A stretch of 64,000 bases of DNA from contig CAWAQO010000009.1 of the NCBI GenBank assembly GCA_963784255.1, positions 346,545-410,544 on the forward strand. Direction: 5' to 3'. The notes beneath the pieces are model-generated. The model was not told the DNA's origin. It worked only from the letters and a program-made list of their open reading frames with translations, and searched no databases. Source of the DNA: an uncultured Acidimicrobiia bacterium. GTDB lineage: Bacteria > Actinomycetota > Acidimicrobiia > Acidimicrobiales > Ilumatobacteraceae. Positions 1 through 8,819 of this stretch are shown here, one piece after another. Each line of letters opens with the position of its first letter. Position 1 is the stretch's first letter. Both the position numbers and the translations under genes were made by a program.

Positions 1-35
1 CCGACGCCACCCAGATGGGCGGCACCGGCAAGGTG

Positions 36-759
36 ATGATCGAGCTCGACGGCGTCGTCAAGCGCTTCGGGAGCTTCACGGCACTCGACGGCGTCTCGGT
101 GAAGGTCGCCGAGCGCGAGGTCGTCGTGGTGATCGGCCCGTCCGGTTCGGGCAAGTCGACGATGATCCGCTGCATCAACCGCCTCGAGGAGCACGACGAG
201 GGGCGCATCGTCGTGGACGGCGTCGAGCTCACCCGGGACATCCGCAACATCGGAGCCATCCGCCGTGAGACGGGGATGGTGTTCCAGCAGTTCAACCTGT
301 TCCCCCACCTGACCGTGCTGGACAACGTCACGCTGGCGCCGCGCCAGGTGCGGCACTTGCGCAAGGCCGACGCCGAGGAGCTCGGGATGGCGCTGCTGAC
401 GCAGGTGCGCATCCCCGACCAGGCCAAGAAGTACCCGGGGCAGCTGTCGGGTGGACAGCAGCAGCGGGTGGCGATCGCCAGGGCGCTGGCGATGAAGCCG
501 AAGGTGATGCTGTTCGACGAACCGACGTCGGCGCTCGACCCGGAGATGATCAACGAGGTCCTCGACACGATGAAGGACCTGGCCGTCGAGGGGATGACGA
601 TGATCGTCGTCACCCACGAGATGGGCTTCGCCCGCGAGGTCGCCGATCGTGTCGTGTTCATGGCCGACGGCCAGATCGTCGAGGTCGGCACCCCTGAGCA
701 CTTCTTCACCGACCCGCGGGAAGACCGCACGAAGCTGTTCCTCGCGGCAAATTCTGTAG
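36..759 (+). CDS. Polar amino-acid ABC transporter ATP-binding protein (GlnQ-like); 3' end apparently shifted by 1 nt
   Basis: ORF 15..929 has Walker [10 protein letters not shown], signature LSGGQQQRV, Walker [12 protein letters not shown] and H-loop VTHEM. The listed frame reads on through the downstream palindrome into Arg/Gly junk. A 1-nt shift near 747 gives the family-typical end ...RTKLFLAQIL plus TAG at 757-759. ATG 36 (MIELDG) is preferred as the start. Confidence 0.85.
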
Positions 760-767
760 CTCCGGCT

Positions 768-819
768 CGTTCTGTCGTTCAGCCACGGCCCGATCGGGCC
801 GCCACCAAACGACAGAACG
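768..819. repeat. Palindromic intergenic repeat, copy 1 (degenerate left inner arm)
   Basis: cgttctgtcgttcagccacggcccgatcgggccgccaccaaacgacagaacg. It shares the termini and the CGGCCCGATCGGGCCG core with copies at 6874, 25961 and 41633. It lies between convergent genes. Confidence 0.9.
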
Positions 820-822
820 GGG

Positions 823-1149
823 TCAGCGGCGGCGGGCGCGGCGGCGCGGGGCGACGATCGGGTCGCGGCGCGGCTGCGCCGGCACGGTCACGTCGTCGGG
901 GCCGCCGATCTCGGTGGCGGCCAGGCTGACCCCATCGCGATCGACGTCGTGGGGTTCGGAGGGGGCGTCGACGACCACCTGGCCGTCGTCGCGCTTGGGG
1001 CTCTCGTAGATGTCGCGGAGGGCGATCATCGCCCCGGCCATCATCGCTCCGGGCAGGCCGCCGATGCGCCGCCCGTAGTCGACCATGCTGCGGTCGCGGC
1101 CGACCTTCTCGGCCGCGGCGACGAGCTCGCGCTCCTCCTCCTCGGTCAC
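823..1149 (-). CDS. Hypothetical small protein
   Basis: ORF 823..1206. GTG 1149 ([15 protein letters not shown]...) lies 5 nt after the upstream stop. GC3 bias is strong throughout. No family recognised. Confidence 0.55.
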   Translation of the reverse strand: MTEEEERELVAAAEKVGRDRSMVDYGRRIGGLPGAMMAGAMIALRDIYESPKRDDGQVVVDAPSEPHDVDRDGVSLAATEIGGPDDVTVPAQPRRDPIVAPRRRARRR

Positions 1150-1154
1150 GCGTC

Positions 1155-2123
1155 CTACGATACGACCGCCGAGGCGGCCAGCGCGGCAGCTGCCACGAGC
1201 ACCCACGACGCCATGCCGAGGGCGAGCGGACGTCCGCCCAGGCGGCGGAGGCGGGCGAAGGCGACGCCGCAGCCGAGGCCGAACATGCCGGCGGTGAGCA
1301 GCGCCTGCTCGAGGTCCTTGGCCCGGAGGAGCGCCTCGTCGGAGAGCCAGCCCGTCGCCCGCAGGGCGATCATGCCGAGGAAGCCGACGACGAACAGCGG
1401 CACCACGGGCGGCCGCTTCCCCGCTACGTCACGATGCTGCCGGCGTCGCCAGAGCCCGACGCCCGCGACGAGCGGGGCGAGCAGGATCACGCGGGTCAGC
1501 TTGACGAGCAGGGCCGGTGCCAGCGACACCTCGGCGTAGGCCGAGGCCGTCGCCGTGACCTGGCCGACGTCGTGGACGCCGGCGCCGGCCCAGGTGCCGA
1601 ACTGCTCGGCGCCCAGCCCGAGGGCGTGGCCGATCGCCGGTAGCACGGCGATCGAGAGGCTGCCGCACAGCGTCACCAGCCCGATGGCGTAGGCGACCTC
1701 CTCCTCGTCGGCATCGGCCAGCGGCTCCATGGCGGCGACGGCCGAGGCCCCGCAGATCGAGTACCCGGTGGCCACGAGGAGCCCGAGTCCGGGGCGGACG
1801 TGCATCGCCCGGGCCAGCAGGCGCACGCCGAAGAACGTGGCGACGACGACCGCGATGACCGCCAGCGCGCCGACGACGCCGAGGTCGCGGACCTGGTCCA
1901 GCGAGAGGCGCAGCCCGAGCACCACGACGCCGGCGCGCAGCAACCGCTTGGCCGCGAACGTGATCCCCGGGCCGAGCGCCGGCCGGACGGCCCCGGTGTT
2001 GGCCATCACCACACCCAGCACGACGCCGCCGACGAGGGGCGACACGTCGACCAGCTCGCCGAAGGCGAACGCCAGCCCCACCGCCGCGACCACGACGGCC
2101 AGGCCCGGCAGCACTCTCGTCAC
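1155..2123 (-). CDS. YeiH/UPF0324 family putative sulfate exporter-type membrane protein
   Basis: ORF 1155..2327 encodes a polytopic hydrophobic protein with ...LVATGYSICGASAVAAMEP..., typical of the YeiH family. GTG 2123 (VTRVLPGLAVV) avoids overlap with the corrected end of the upstream gene. Confidence 0.75.
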   Translation of the reverse strand: MTRVLPGLAVVVAAVGLAFAFGELVDVSPLVGGVVLGVVMANTGAVRPALGPGITFAAKRLLRAGVVVLGLRLSLDQVRDLGVVGALAVIAVVVATFFGVRLLARAMHVRPGLGLLVATGYSICGASAVAAMEPLADADEEEVAYAIGLVTLCGSLSIAVLPAIGHALGLGAEQFGTWAGAGVHDVGQVTATASAYAEVSLAPALLVKLTRVILLAPLVAGVGLWRRRQHRDVAGKRPPVVPLFVVGFLGMIALRATGWLSDEALLRAKDLEQALLTAGMFGLGCGVAFARLRRLGGRPLALGMASWVLVAAAALAASAVVS

Positions 2124-2211
2124 CGCGGCCTGCTCGCGCCGGTCCGCGACGGTCCGGTCCCCAACACCCGCCGGCGGCCGCGCCTGGTCGGCGCGTACGA
2201 CGACTGAGGGG

Positions 2212-3763
2212 TCACACGATGCGCGACTTCGAGTCGCCCCAGTAGCGGTCGCGCAGCAGGCGCTTGTACAGCTTGCCGGTGGGCAGCCGCGGCAGCTCGG
2301 CCTCGAAGTCGATCGGAGCGGGGGCACTTGTAGTGAGCCAGGTTGTCCCGGCAGAACGCCAGCAGCTCGCGCGCCAGGTCGGGACCCGGCGTCACGCCGT
2401 CGGCCGGCTGGATGACCGCCTTGACCTCCTCGCCGAGGTCCTCGTTGGGCACGCCGATGACGGCGGCGTCGAGCACCTTGGGGTGGGTGACGAGCAGGTT
2501 CTCGGCCTCTTGCGGATAGATGTTCACGCCGCCCGAGATGATCATGTACGTCTTGCGGTCGGTGAGGTACAGGTAGCCGTCCCCGTCGACGTGGCCGACA
2601 TCGCCCACCGTCGACGTGGTGCCGGTCGCGTCACGGCTCTCGGCCGTCTTGGCCTCGTCCTGGTAGTAGGTGAAGTTGGTGGCGCCTTCGAACCAGACGG
2701 TGCCGGTCTCCCCCAGCGGCACCTCCTTGCCGTCGTCGTCGAGGATGAGCAGCCGCCCGAGGATCGGCTTGCCGACGGTGCCCGGGTGGGCCAACCACTC
2801 CGCGCTGTCGCAGAACGTGAAGCCGTTGGCCTCGGTGGCGCCGTAGTACTCGATGAGCACCGGCCCGAGCCATTCGATCATCGCCTGCTTCACCGGTACC
2901 GGGCACGGCGCGGCGGCGTGGATGATCACCTCGAGCGACGACGTGTCGTACGACAACCGCGCGTCGTCGGGGAGCTTGAGCAGCCGGCTGAACATCGTCG
3001 GCACCATCTGGCAATGGGTGATGCGGTGCTGCTCGACCGCCCGCAGCCAGTCCTCGGGATCGAACCGCTCCATGATCACGGACGTGGAACCGAGGCGCAG
3101 GGCGATGGCGACCGACGCCTGCGGGGCCGAGTGGTAGATCGGTGCCGGCGACAGGTACGTCATGCCCTCGCGCATGCGGAACATCGCCCGCACGAACTGC
3201 ATCACGGGCAGCGCCTCGTTCGGGTGGACGTCGGGCAGCGGGCGCAGGATGCCCTTCGGCCGGCCGGTCGTCCCGGACGAGTAGAGCATCGCCGCGCCCA
3301 GCTGCTCGTCGTCGATCGGCGTCGCCGGGAAGCCGCTGACGGCCTCCTCGTAGGGCCGGAAGGGCCCGATCTCGCGGTCGGCGTCCAGGCAGAGGAACGT
3401 CTCCACCTTCGGTGTGCTGGCGACCGCGGCCACGGCGACGTCCGACTTGGCCAGCGACGTGACGAACAGCTTGGCGTCGCTGTTGTCGACGATGTAGGCG
3501 ACCTCCTCGGGCGTGAGGTACGAGTTGATGCACGTGTAGTACAGGCCCGTGCGCTCGGCGGCGGCCATCAGCTCGAAGTAGCGCAGGTGGTTCTCCACGA
3601 GGAACGCCACGTGGTCGCCCCTGCGCAGGCCGACCGAGCGGTAGAGGTGCGCCAGGCGGTTGGCGTTGGCCTCGAACTCGGCGAACGTGAGGCTGGCACC
3701 GGACGTGGCCATGATGAGGGCCGGCTGATCCGGGTGTTGGCGGGCGTACTCCCCCGGGTACAT
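2212..3763 (-). pseudogene. Acyl-CoA synthetase (AMP-binding), frameshifted near the 3' end
   Basis: ORF 2120..3763 has YSSGTTGRPKG and TGDVGHVDGDGYLYLTDRKTYMIISGGVNIYPQE. After ...LAHYKCPRS the frame turns to Arg/Ala junk. A 1-nt shift at about 2315 restores IDFEAELPRLPTGKLYKRLLRDRYWGDSKSRIV plus TGA at 2212. Confidence 0.9.
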
Positions 3764-3873
3764 GGGCCGCGACCGTAGCGAGCTGCCAACGCGTGCCGGA
3801 ACGTCTACCGGGTCCTCACCGGGAACTTACGCAACGCTCGGTACCGTTCCGGTTCGTCGCAGGAGGGTCTCCG

Positions 3874-4920
3874 ATGAGCATCACGTCCAACCACACGTCG
3901 AGCAGCCAGGTGGCGCCTCTGATGGACGACGCCCGCACGGCCGAGTCCGTCGAGCGCATCTTCTTCGAGCTGCGCAAGGTGATCGTCGGCCAGAACCGGC
4001 TGCTCGAGCGGCTCCTCGTCGGCCTGCTCGCCCGCGGCCACTGCCTCCTGGAGTCGGTGCCCGGCCTGGCCAAGACGCTCGCCGCGGAGACGCTGGCCAA
4101 CGTCGTCGGTGGCACGTTCGCCCGCATCCAGTTCACGCCCGACCTGCTGCCGTCGGACATCGTCGGCACGCGCATCTACCGCGGCAGCACCGAGCAGTTC
4201 GACGTCGAGCTCGGCCCGGTGTTCGTCAACTTCCTGCTCACCGACGAGATCAACCGGGCCCCGGCCAAGGTCCAGTCGGCGCTGCTCGAGGTGATGCAGG
4301 AGCGCCAGGTGACCATCGGCGGCATCACGCACCCGGTGCCGGACCCCTTCTTCGTCGTCGCCACGCAGAACCCGATCGAGAGCGAGGGCGTGTACCAGCT
4401 GCCCGACGCGCAGCGCGACCGCTTCATGATGAAGGTCGTGCTCGGTCACCCGTCGGCGGTCGAGGAGATGGTGATCATCGACCGCATGGCGGTGAACCCG
4501 CCGGTGCCCAGCCAGGTGATCGACCTCGACGGTCTGATCGAGCTGCAGCGCAAGGCCGACGCCGTGTTCGTCGACCGCAGCGTCGCCCAGTACGCCGTCG
4601 ACCTCGTGCAGGCGACGCGCAACCCGGTGACCTTCAACCTCGGCGAGCTGGTGCCGTCGATCGCCCTCGGCGCCAGTCCCCGGGCCAGCCTGAACCTGGT
4701 CAAGGGCGCCCGCTCGATGGCCCTCATCCGCGGCCGCACCTACGCCACGCCGCAGGACGTGTTCGACGTGGCGCCGGAGGTCCTCCGCCACCGCCTGCTG
4801 CTGACCTACGACGCACTGGCCCGGGACATCACGCCGGACCTCATCGTCAACCGCATCCTCGAGACGGTGCCGGCGACGTGGGTGTCGCCGAAGCCGAACG
4901 ACGCCGTCCAGCTGGGCTGA
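3874..4920 (+). CDS. MoxR-family AAA+ ATPase
   Basis: ORF 3793..4920 has GHCLLESVPGLAKT (Walker A), LLTDEINRAPAKVQSALLEVMQE (Walker B/sensor) and VVATQNPIE. ATG 3874 is preceded by AGGAGGG. Confidence 0.92.
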   Translation: MSITSNHTSSSQVAPLMDDARTAESVERIFFELRKVIVGQNRLLERLLVGLLARGHCLLESVPGLAKTLAAETLANVVGGTFARIQFTPDLLPSDIVGTRIYRGSTEQFDVELGPVFVNFLLTDEINRAPAKVQSALLEVMQERQVTIGGITHPVPDPFFVVATQNPIESEGVYQLPDAQRDRFMMKVVLGHPSAVEEMVIIDRMAVNPPVPSQVIDLDGLIELQRKADAVFVDRSVAQYAVDLVQATRNPVTFNLGELVPSIALGASPRASLNLVKGARSMALIRGRTYATPQDVFDVAPEVLRHRLLLTYDALARDITPDLIVNRILETVPATWVSPKPNDAVQLG

Positions 4921-4921
4921 G

Positions 4922-5872
4922 ATGGCTCCCGCCGCCCCCGCCGGTCCGGTCGCCTGGCCCGCCGGTCCACCGACCGAGCAGGTCATCGAGCTCGTGCGCA
5001 CGCTCGAGCTGACGATCAACCGCCGGCTCGACACGGCCCTCCACGGCAACCACCAGGGCCTCACCCCCGGGCACGGCAGCGAACCCGGCGAGGCCCGGCT
5101 GTACCAGCCCGGCGACGACGTGCGCCGCATCGACTGGAACGTCACCGCCCGCACCCTCGAGACGCACGTGCGCGACCAGATCGCCGACCGCGACCTCGAG
5201 GCGTGGCTCGTCGTCGACACATCGGCGGCGATGCGCTTCGGCACCGTCGTCGCCGACAAGGCCCAGATCGCTCTGGCCGCCACCGCCGGCGTCGGCTTCC
5301 TGACGGCCCGCAACCAGAACCGCCTCGGCGCCATCCTCGTGGCCGGGCCACACCTGAAGGTGCTGCCGCCGCGGTTCGGCCGGGACCAGGTGCGCGCCGT
5401 GCTCAGCGCCGCCGCGGCCCCGCCTCCGTCCGAGGGCCTCGGTCCGGCCGACCTCACCGGCGCCCTCGACCGTGTCGCCGTCGTCGGGCGCCGGCGCGGA
5501 TTCGTCGCCGTCGTCTCGGACTTCGCCGGCGTCGCCTGGGTCGACCCGCTGGCCCGCCTCGGCCTGCGCCACGACCTGCTGGCCATCGTCGTCCACGACC
5601 CGCGCGAGCTCGACGTGCCGCCGGTCGGGATGATCGAGGTCGTCGATCCCTCCACCGGCCGACACCGCGAGGTGCGGGTGACCGCGAAGGTGCAGCGCCG
5701 GTTCGCCACCGCCGCCGCCGAGCTCGTCGAGGCGCGCCGGATGGGCATCCGCCGCGCCGGCGCCGAGCTGATCGAGCTGGCCACCGACGCCGACTGGCTC
5801 TCCACCATCGTCGACCACGTCCGCCGCAAGCGCGTGCAAGCCGTCAACGCCCAGGTGCTCCGAAGAACATGA
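4922..5872 (+). CDS. DUF58 domain protein (MoxR-associated)
   Basis: ORF 4922..5872 contains ...GHGSEPGEARLYQPGDDVRRIDWNVTART..., the DUF58 hallmark. It is the standard partner downstream of MoxR. Confidence 0.88.
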   Translation: MAPAAPAGPVAWPAGPPTEQVIELVRTLELTINRRLDTALHGNHQGLTPGHGSEPGEARLYQPGDDVRRIDWNVTARTLETHVRDQIADRDLEAWLVVDTSAAMRFGTVVADKAQIALAATAGVGFLTARNQNRLGAILVAGPHLKVLPPRFGRDQVRAVLSAAAAPPPSEGLGPADLTGALDRVAVVGRRRGFVAVVSDFAGVAWVDPLARLGLRHDLLAIVVHDPRELDVPPVGMIEVVDPSTGRHREVRVTAKVQRRFATAAAELVEARRMGIRRAGAELIELATDADWLSTIVDHVRRKRVQAVNAQVLRRT

Positions 5873-6858
5873 TGATCGCGATCGACTTCTTGAACCCGGG
5901 GCGGCTCTGGTGGCTGCTCGCCGTCGCCGGCCTCGCCGCGGCCTACGTCGCGGTGCAGTTCTGGCGCCGCCGGGCGACCGTCCGGTTCACCCAGGTCGAC
6001 CTGCTCGACCGCGTCGCCCCGCGGCGCCCGGGCTGGCGCCGCCACCTCGTCGCCGGGCTGCAGCTGCTCGGGCTGGCCGCCGGCGTCGTCGCGATCGCCC
6101 GGCCGGTGAGCACGGAGACCGAGCGCACCCAGAGCGAGGGCCGCATCGTCGTCCTCTTCGACGTGTCGCTGTCGATGATGGCCACCGACGTCGAGCCCGA
6201 CCGGCTGGAGGCGGCCAAGGAGGCGGCCCGCCAGTTCGTCGACCAGGTGGCCGACGACATCGAGATCGGCCTCATCTCCTTCAGCGGCGACATCACCACC
6301 GAGGTCCCGCCGACGCTCGATCGAGCAGCCCTGGAGCAAGGAATCGACGACCTCGAGCTGGCCGAGTCGACGGCGATCGGGGACGCCCTCGCCGCCGGCA
6401 CGAACATGCTCACCGACCTGGCCGCCGACTCCGACCTCGCCGAGGGGGTGGCGCCGGGCGCGCTGGTGGTCATGTCGGACGGCGAGACCACCGTGGGGCG
6501 CTCCACGGAGGAGGGCGGCGTCCTCGCCGCCGAGGCCGGCGTCCCCGTGTTCACGATCGCCTTCGGCACCGCCGACGGCAGCATCACCGACCCCACGAGC
6601 GGCGAGGTCGTGCCGGTGCCGGTGCGCCCCGAGCCCCTCGCACAGGTGGCCGAGGCCACCGGCGGGACCGCCTACGAGGCGGCCACCGGCGACCAGCTGG
6701 CCGACGCCTACGAGCGCATCCGCGACAGCCTCGGCGAGACCCTCGGCGAGGAGATCCAGATCGTCACCGAGCAGACGTGGAAGTGGGCCGCCGCCGCGCT
6801 CGTCCTGCTCGCCGCCGCCTGGGCCCTGGCCCTCTGGTGGCTCCGCGGCATGGTCTGA
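5869..6858 (+). CDS. VWA domain membrane protein (BatA-like)
   Basis: ATG 5869 overlaps the DUF58 stop (ATGA). The protein has an N-terminal TM pair, a MIDAS motif DVSLSM, ...VVMSDGETT..., and a C-terminal TM segment. Confidence 0.88.
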   Translation: MMIAIDFLNPGRLWWLLAVAGLAAAYVAVQFWRRRATVRFTQVDLLDRVAPRRPGWRRHLVAGLQLLGLAAGVVAIARPVSTETERTQSEGRIVVLFDVSLSMMATDVEPDRLEAAKEAARQFVDQVADDIEIGLISFSGDITTEVPPTLDRAALEQGIDDLELAESTAIGDALAAGTNMLTDLAADSDLAEGVAPGALVVMSDGETTVGRSTEEGGVLAAEAGVPVFTIAFGTADGSITDPTSGEVVPVPVRPEPLAQVAEATGGTAYEAATGDQLADAYERIRDSLGETLGEEIQIVTEQTWKWAAAALVLLAAAWALALWWLRGMV

Positions 6859-6873
6859 CGCGCCCCGTTCCTC

Positions 6874-6925
6874 CGTTCTGTCGTTTGGTTGCGGCCCGAT
6901 CGGGCCGTCACCAAACGACAGAACG
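6874..6925. repeat. Palindromic intergenic repeat, copy 2
   Basis: cgttctgtcgtttggttgcggcccgatcgggccgtcaccaaacgacagaacg. It sits between the convergent stops at 6858 and 6933. Confidence 0.92.
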
Positions 6926-6932
6926 GTGGACT

Positions 6933-7979
6933 TCAGCCGATCAGCGTGCGGAGGGTCTCGACGGTCTTGACGGGGTCGGGGCCGACCGGGGTCACCGACA
7001 GGTGCGTCACGCCGGCCTCGCGGTAGGCCGCGATCCGCTCGGCGACGAACGACTCCGGGCCGACCAGGTTGGTGCCGGCGAGCAGGGCCCGTGGCACGGC
7101 GGCGGCGGCCTCCTCCCTGCGCCCGGAGAGGTACAGGTCCTGGATCTCCGCCGCCTCGTCGACGTAGCCGTAGCGCCGGGCGATCGTGTTGTAGAAGTTC
7201 TGGTCGCGCGCGCCCATGCCGCCGACGTACAGCGCGGCGTTCGGGCGTCCGAGGTCGAGGACCCGGTCGGCGCCTTCGCCGACCAGCTCCTCGCCGATCG
7301 CCACCATGCCGCCGGCCGAGATCTGCAGCGGCCCGAGCGTCGGCTCGCGGTCGGCCAGCCCGGCGCGCAGCTCGTCGCCCCACACGTGCTCGAACTGCTC
7401 GGGGTCGAAGAAGATCGGCAGCCACCCGTCGGCGTGGCGGGCCGTGGCGGTCACGCTCTTGCCCATCAGGCTGGCCCAGAACACCGGGATGTCGGCCCGC
7501 TTGGGACGGTTGATCAGCTTGAGCGGCTTGCCCAGCCCGGTCCCCTGCCCCTCGGGCAACGGGATCTGCACGACGCTGCCGTCGTAGACCACCGGCTCGC
7601 GCCGCCAGACCATGCGGCACACGTCGATGTACTCGCGGATGCGCGGCATGGGGTGCTCGTAGGGCACGCCGTGGAAGCCCTCGATGACCTGCGGGCCGGA
7701 CGCGCCGAGGCCGAGCACGAAGCGGCCGTCGCTGACGAAGTCGCAGCCGGCCGCCGTCTGGGCGACGGCCGTGGCCGTGCGCGAGAAGACGTTGATGATC
7801 CCCGTGCCGATCTCGATGCGCGACGTCTTGGCGGCGAGGAAGCCGACCTGGCTGATGGCGTCGAACGAGTAGGCCTCGGCCACCCAGACCAGATCGAGCC
7901 CGGCCCGCTCGAGGTCCTGGACCCGGGCGACGTCGGCGTGGAAGTCCCCCGAGTAGTTGAGCATCATCGCCAGCTTCAT
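6933..7979 (-). CDS. LLM-class (luciferase-like) F420-dependent oxidoreductase
   Basis: ORF 6933..7979 has MKLAMMLNY..., ...LDLVWVAEAYSFDA... and ...GLGASGPQVIEGFHG..., typical of the LLM/F420 family. Confidence 0.88.
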   Translation of the reverse strand: MKLAMMLNYSGDFHADVARVQDLERAGLDLVWVAEAYSFDAISQVGFLAAKTSRIEIGTGIINVFSRTATAVAQTAAGCDFVSDGRFVLGLGASGPQVIEGFHGVPYEHPMPRIREYIDVCRMVWRREPVVYDGSVVQIPLPEGQGTGLGKPLKLINRPKRADIPVFWASLMGKSVTATARHADGWLPIFFDPEQFEHVWGDELRAGLADREPTLGPLQISAGGMVAIGEELVGEGADRVLDLGRPNAALYVGGMGARDQNFYNTIARRYGYVDEAAEIQDLYLSGRREEAAAAVPRALLAGTNLVGPESFVAERIAAYREAGVTHLSVTPVGPDPVKTVETLRTLIG

Positions 7980-8030
7980 GGCCCGACCCTATGGGACGGC
8001 CGTGACCCGCCTGGCACCCGGCAGGGCGAC

Positions 8031-8819
8031 TCAGCCGTTGAGGTTGCCCGACCGGAAGCCCTCGAGGTCGAGCGTGACGTAGCGGTAGCCGGCGGCGCGC
8101 ACCCCGGCGACGACCTCCTCCCGCCGATCGAGCACCGTGGCCAGATCCGCCAGCTCGACCTCGATGCGGGCCGTGTCGCCGTAGTGGCGGACCCGGACCT
8201 GCGCCAGCCCGAGGGCGCGGAGCGCCGCCTCGGCCCGTTCGACCCGCGAGAGCACGGCCACGGTCACCTCCGTCCCGTAGGGCACCCGGCTGGCCAGGCA
8301 CGCCGCCGCCGGCTTGTCCCACGTGCGCAAGCCGAGGCGACGCGACGCCTCCCGCACCTCGGTCTTGGTGAACCCCGCGGTCACGAGCGGGAAGGCCGCG
8401 CCGGCCAGCGTCGCCGCTCGCTGCCCCGGGCGGTGGTCACCGAGGTCGTCGACGTTCACGCCGAGCACGATCCGCGCCCCGTCGACCGCGGCCAGCGGCG
8501 CCAGCACGTCCATCAACTCGGCCTTGCAGTGGAAGCACCGGTCGCTGTCGTTGGTGCGGTAGGCGGCGCGCGCCATCTCGTCGGTCTCGACGGCCGTCCA
8601 CCGCAGCCCCCACTCGTCGGCGAGGGCGGCGCAGTCGGCCCGCTCGGAGCCGGCCAGCGACGGCGACACCGCGGTGACGGCGTGAGCCCGGGCCGGCCCC
8701 AGCGTCGCCGTGGCGACGGCGGCGAGGAAGGCCGAGTCGGCGCCGCCGCTGAACGCCACCACGATGGGCGCCAGGTCGGTGAGCTGCTCGCGCAGCGCGG
8801 CGACCTTGGCGTCGAGCAT
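8031..8819 (-). CDS. larE: ATP-dependent sacrificial sulfur transferase LarE-type PP-loop ATPase
   Basis: This is the tail of ORF 8031..10058, from MLDAKVAALREQL. It has the PP-loop VAFSGGADS, ...DRCFHCK..., ...DDLGDHRPG... and ...WDKPAAACLASRVPYG. Confidence 0.8.
   Translation of the reverse strand: MLDAKVAALREQLTDLAPIVVAFSGGADSAFLAAVATATLGPARAHAVTAVSPSLAGSERADCAALADEWGLRWTAVETDEMARAAYRTNDSDRCFHCKAELMDVLAPLAAVDGARIVLGVNVDDLGDHRPGQRAATLAGAAFPLVTAGFTKTEVREASRRLGLRTWDKPAAACLASRVPYGTEVTVAVLSRVERAEAALRALGLAQVRVRHYGDTARIEVELADLATVLDRREEVVAGVRAAGYRYVTLDLEGFRSGNLNG

Noticed and set aside
3764-3873. An 8-bp inverted repeat ccggaacg...cgttccgg and a repeated ccggg in the acyl-CoA synthetase / moxR divergent gap, considered as a regulator site.
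   Set aside because: The arms are about 40 nt apart and short for this GC content, so chance occurrence is plausible. The evidence is not strong enough to report.
3805-8322. A 1505-aa minus-strand ORF, together with similar giants at 5910..8921 (+), 38451..40430 (-) and 39553..41862 (+).
   Set aside because: The translations are Arg/Pro/Gly/Ala low-complexity sequence. They lie antisense to, or out of frame with, genes that have clear family motifs and proper GC3 bias. Long stop-free alternative frames are expected at this GC content.
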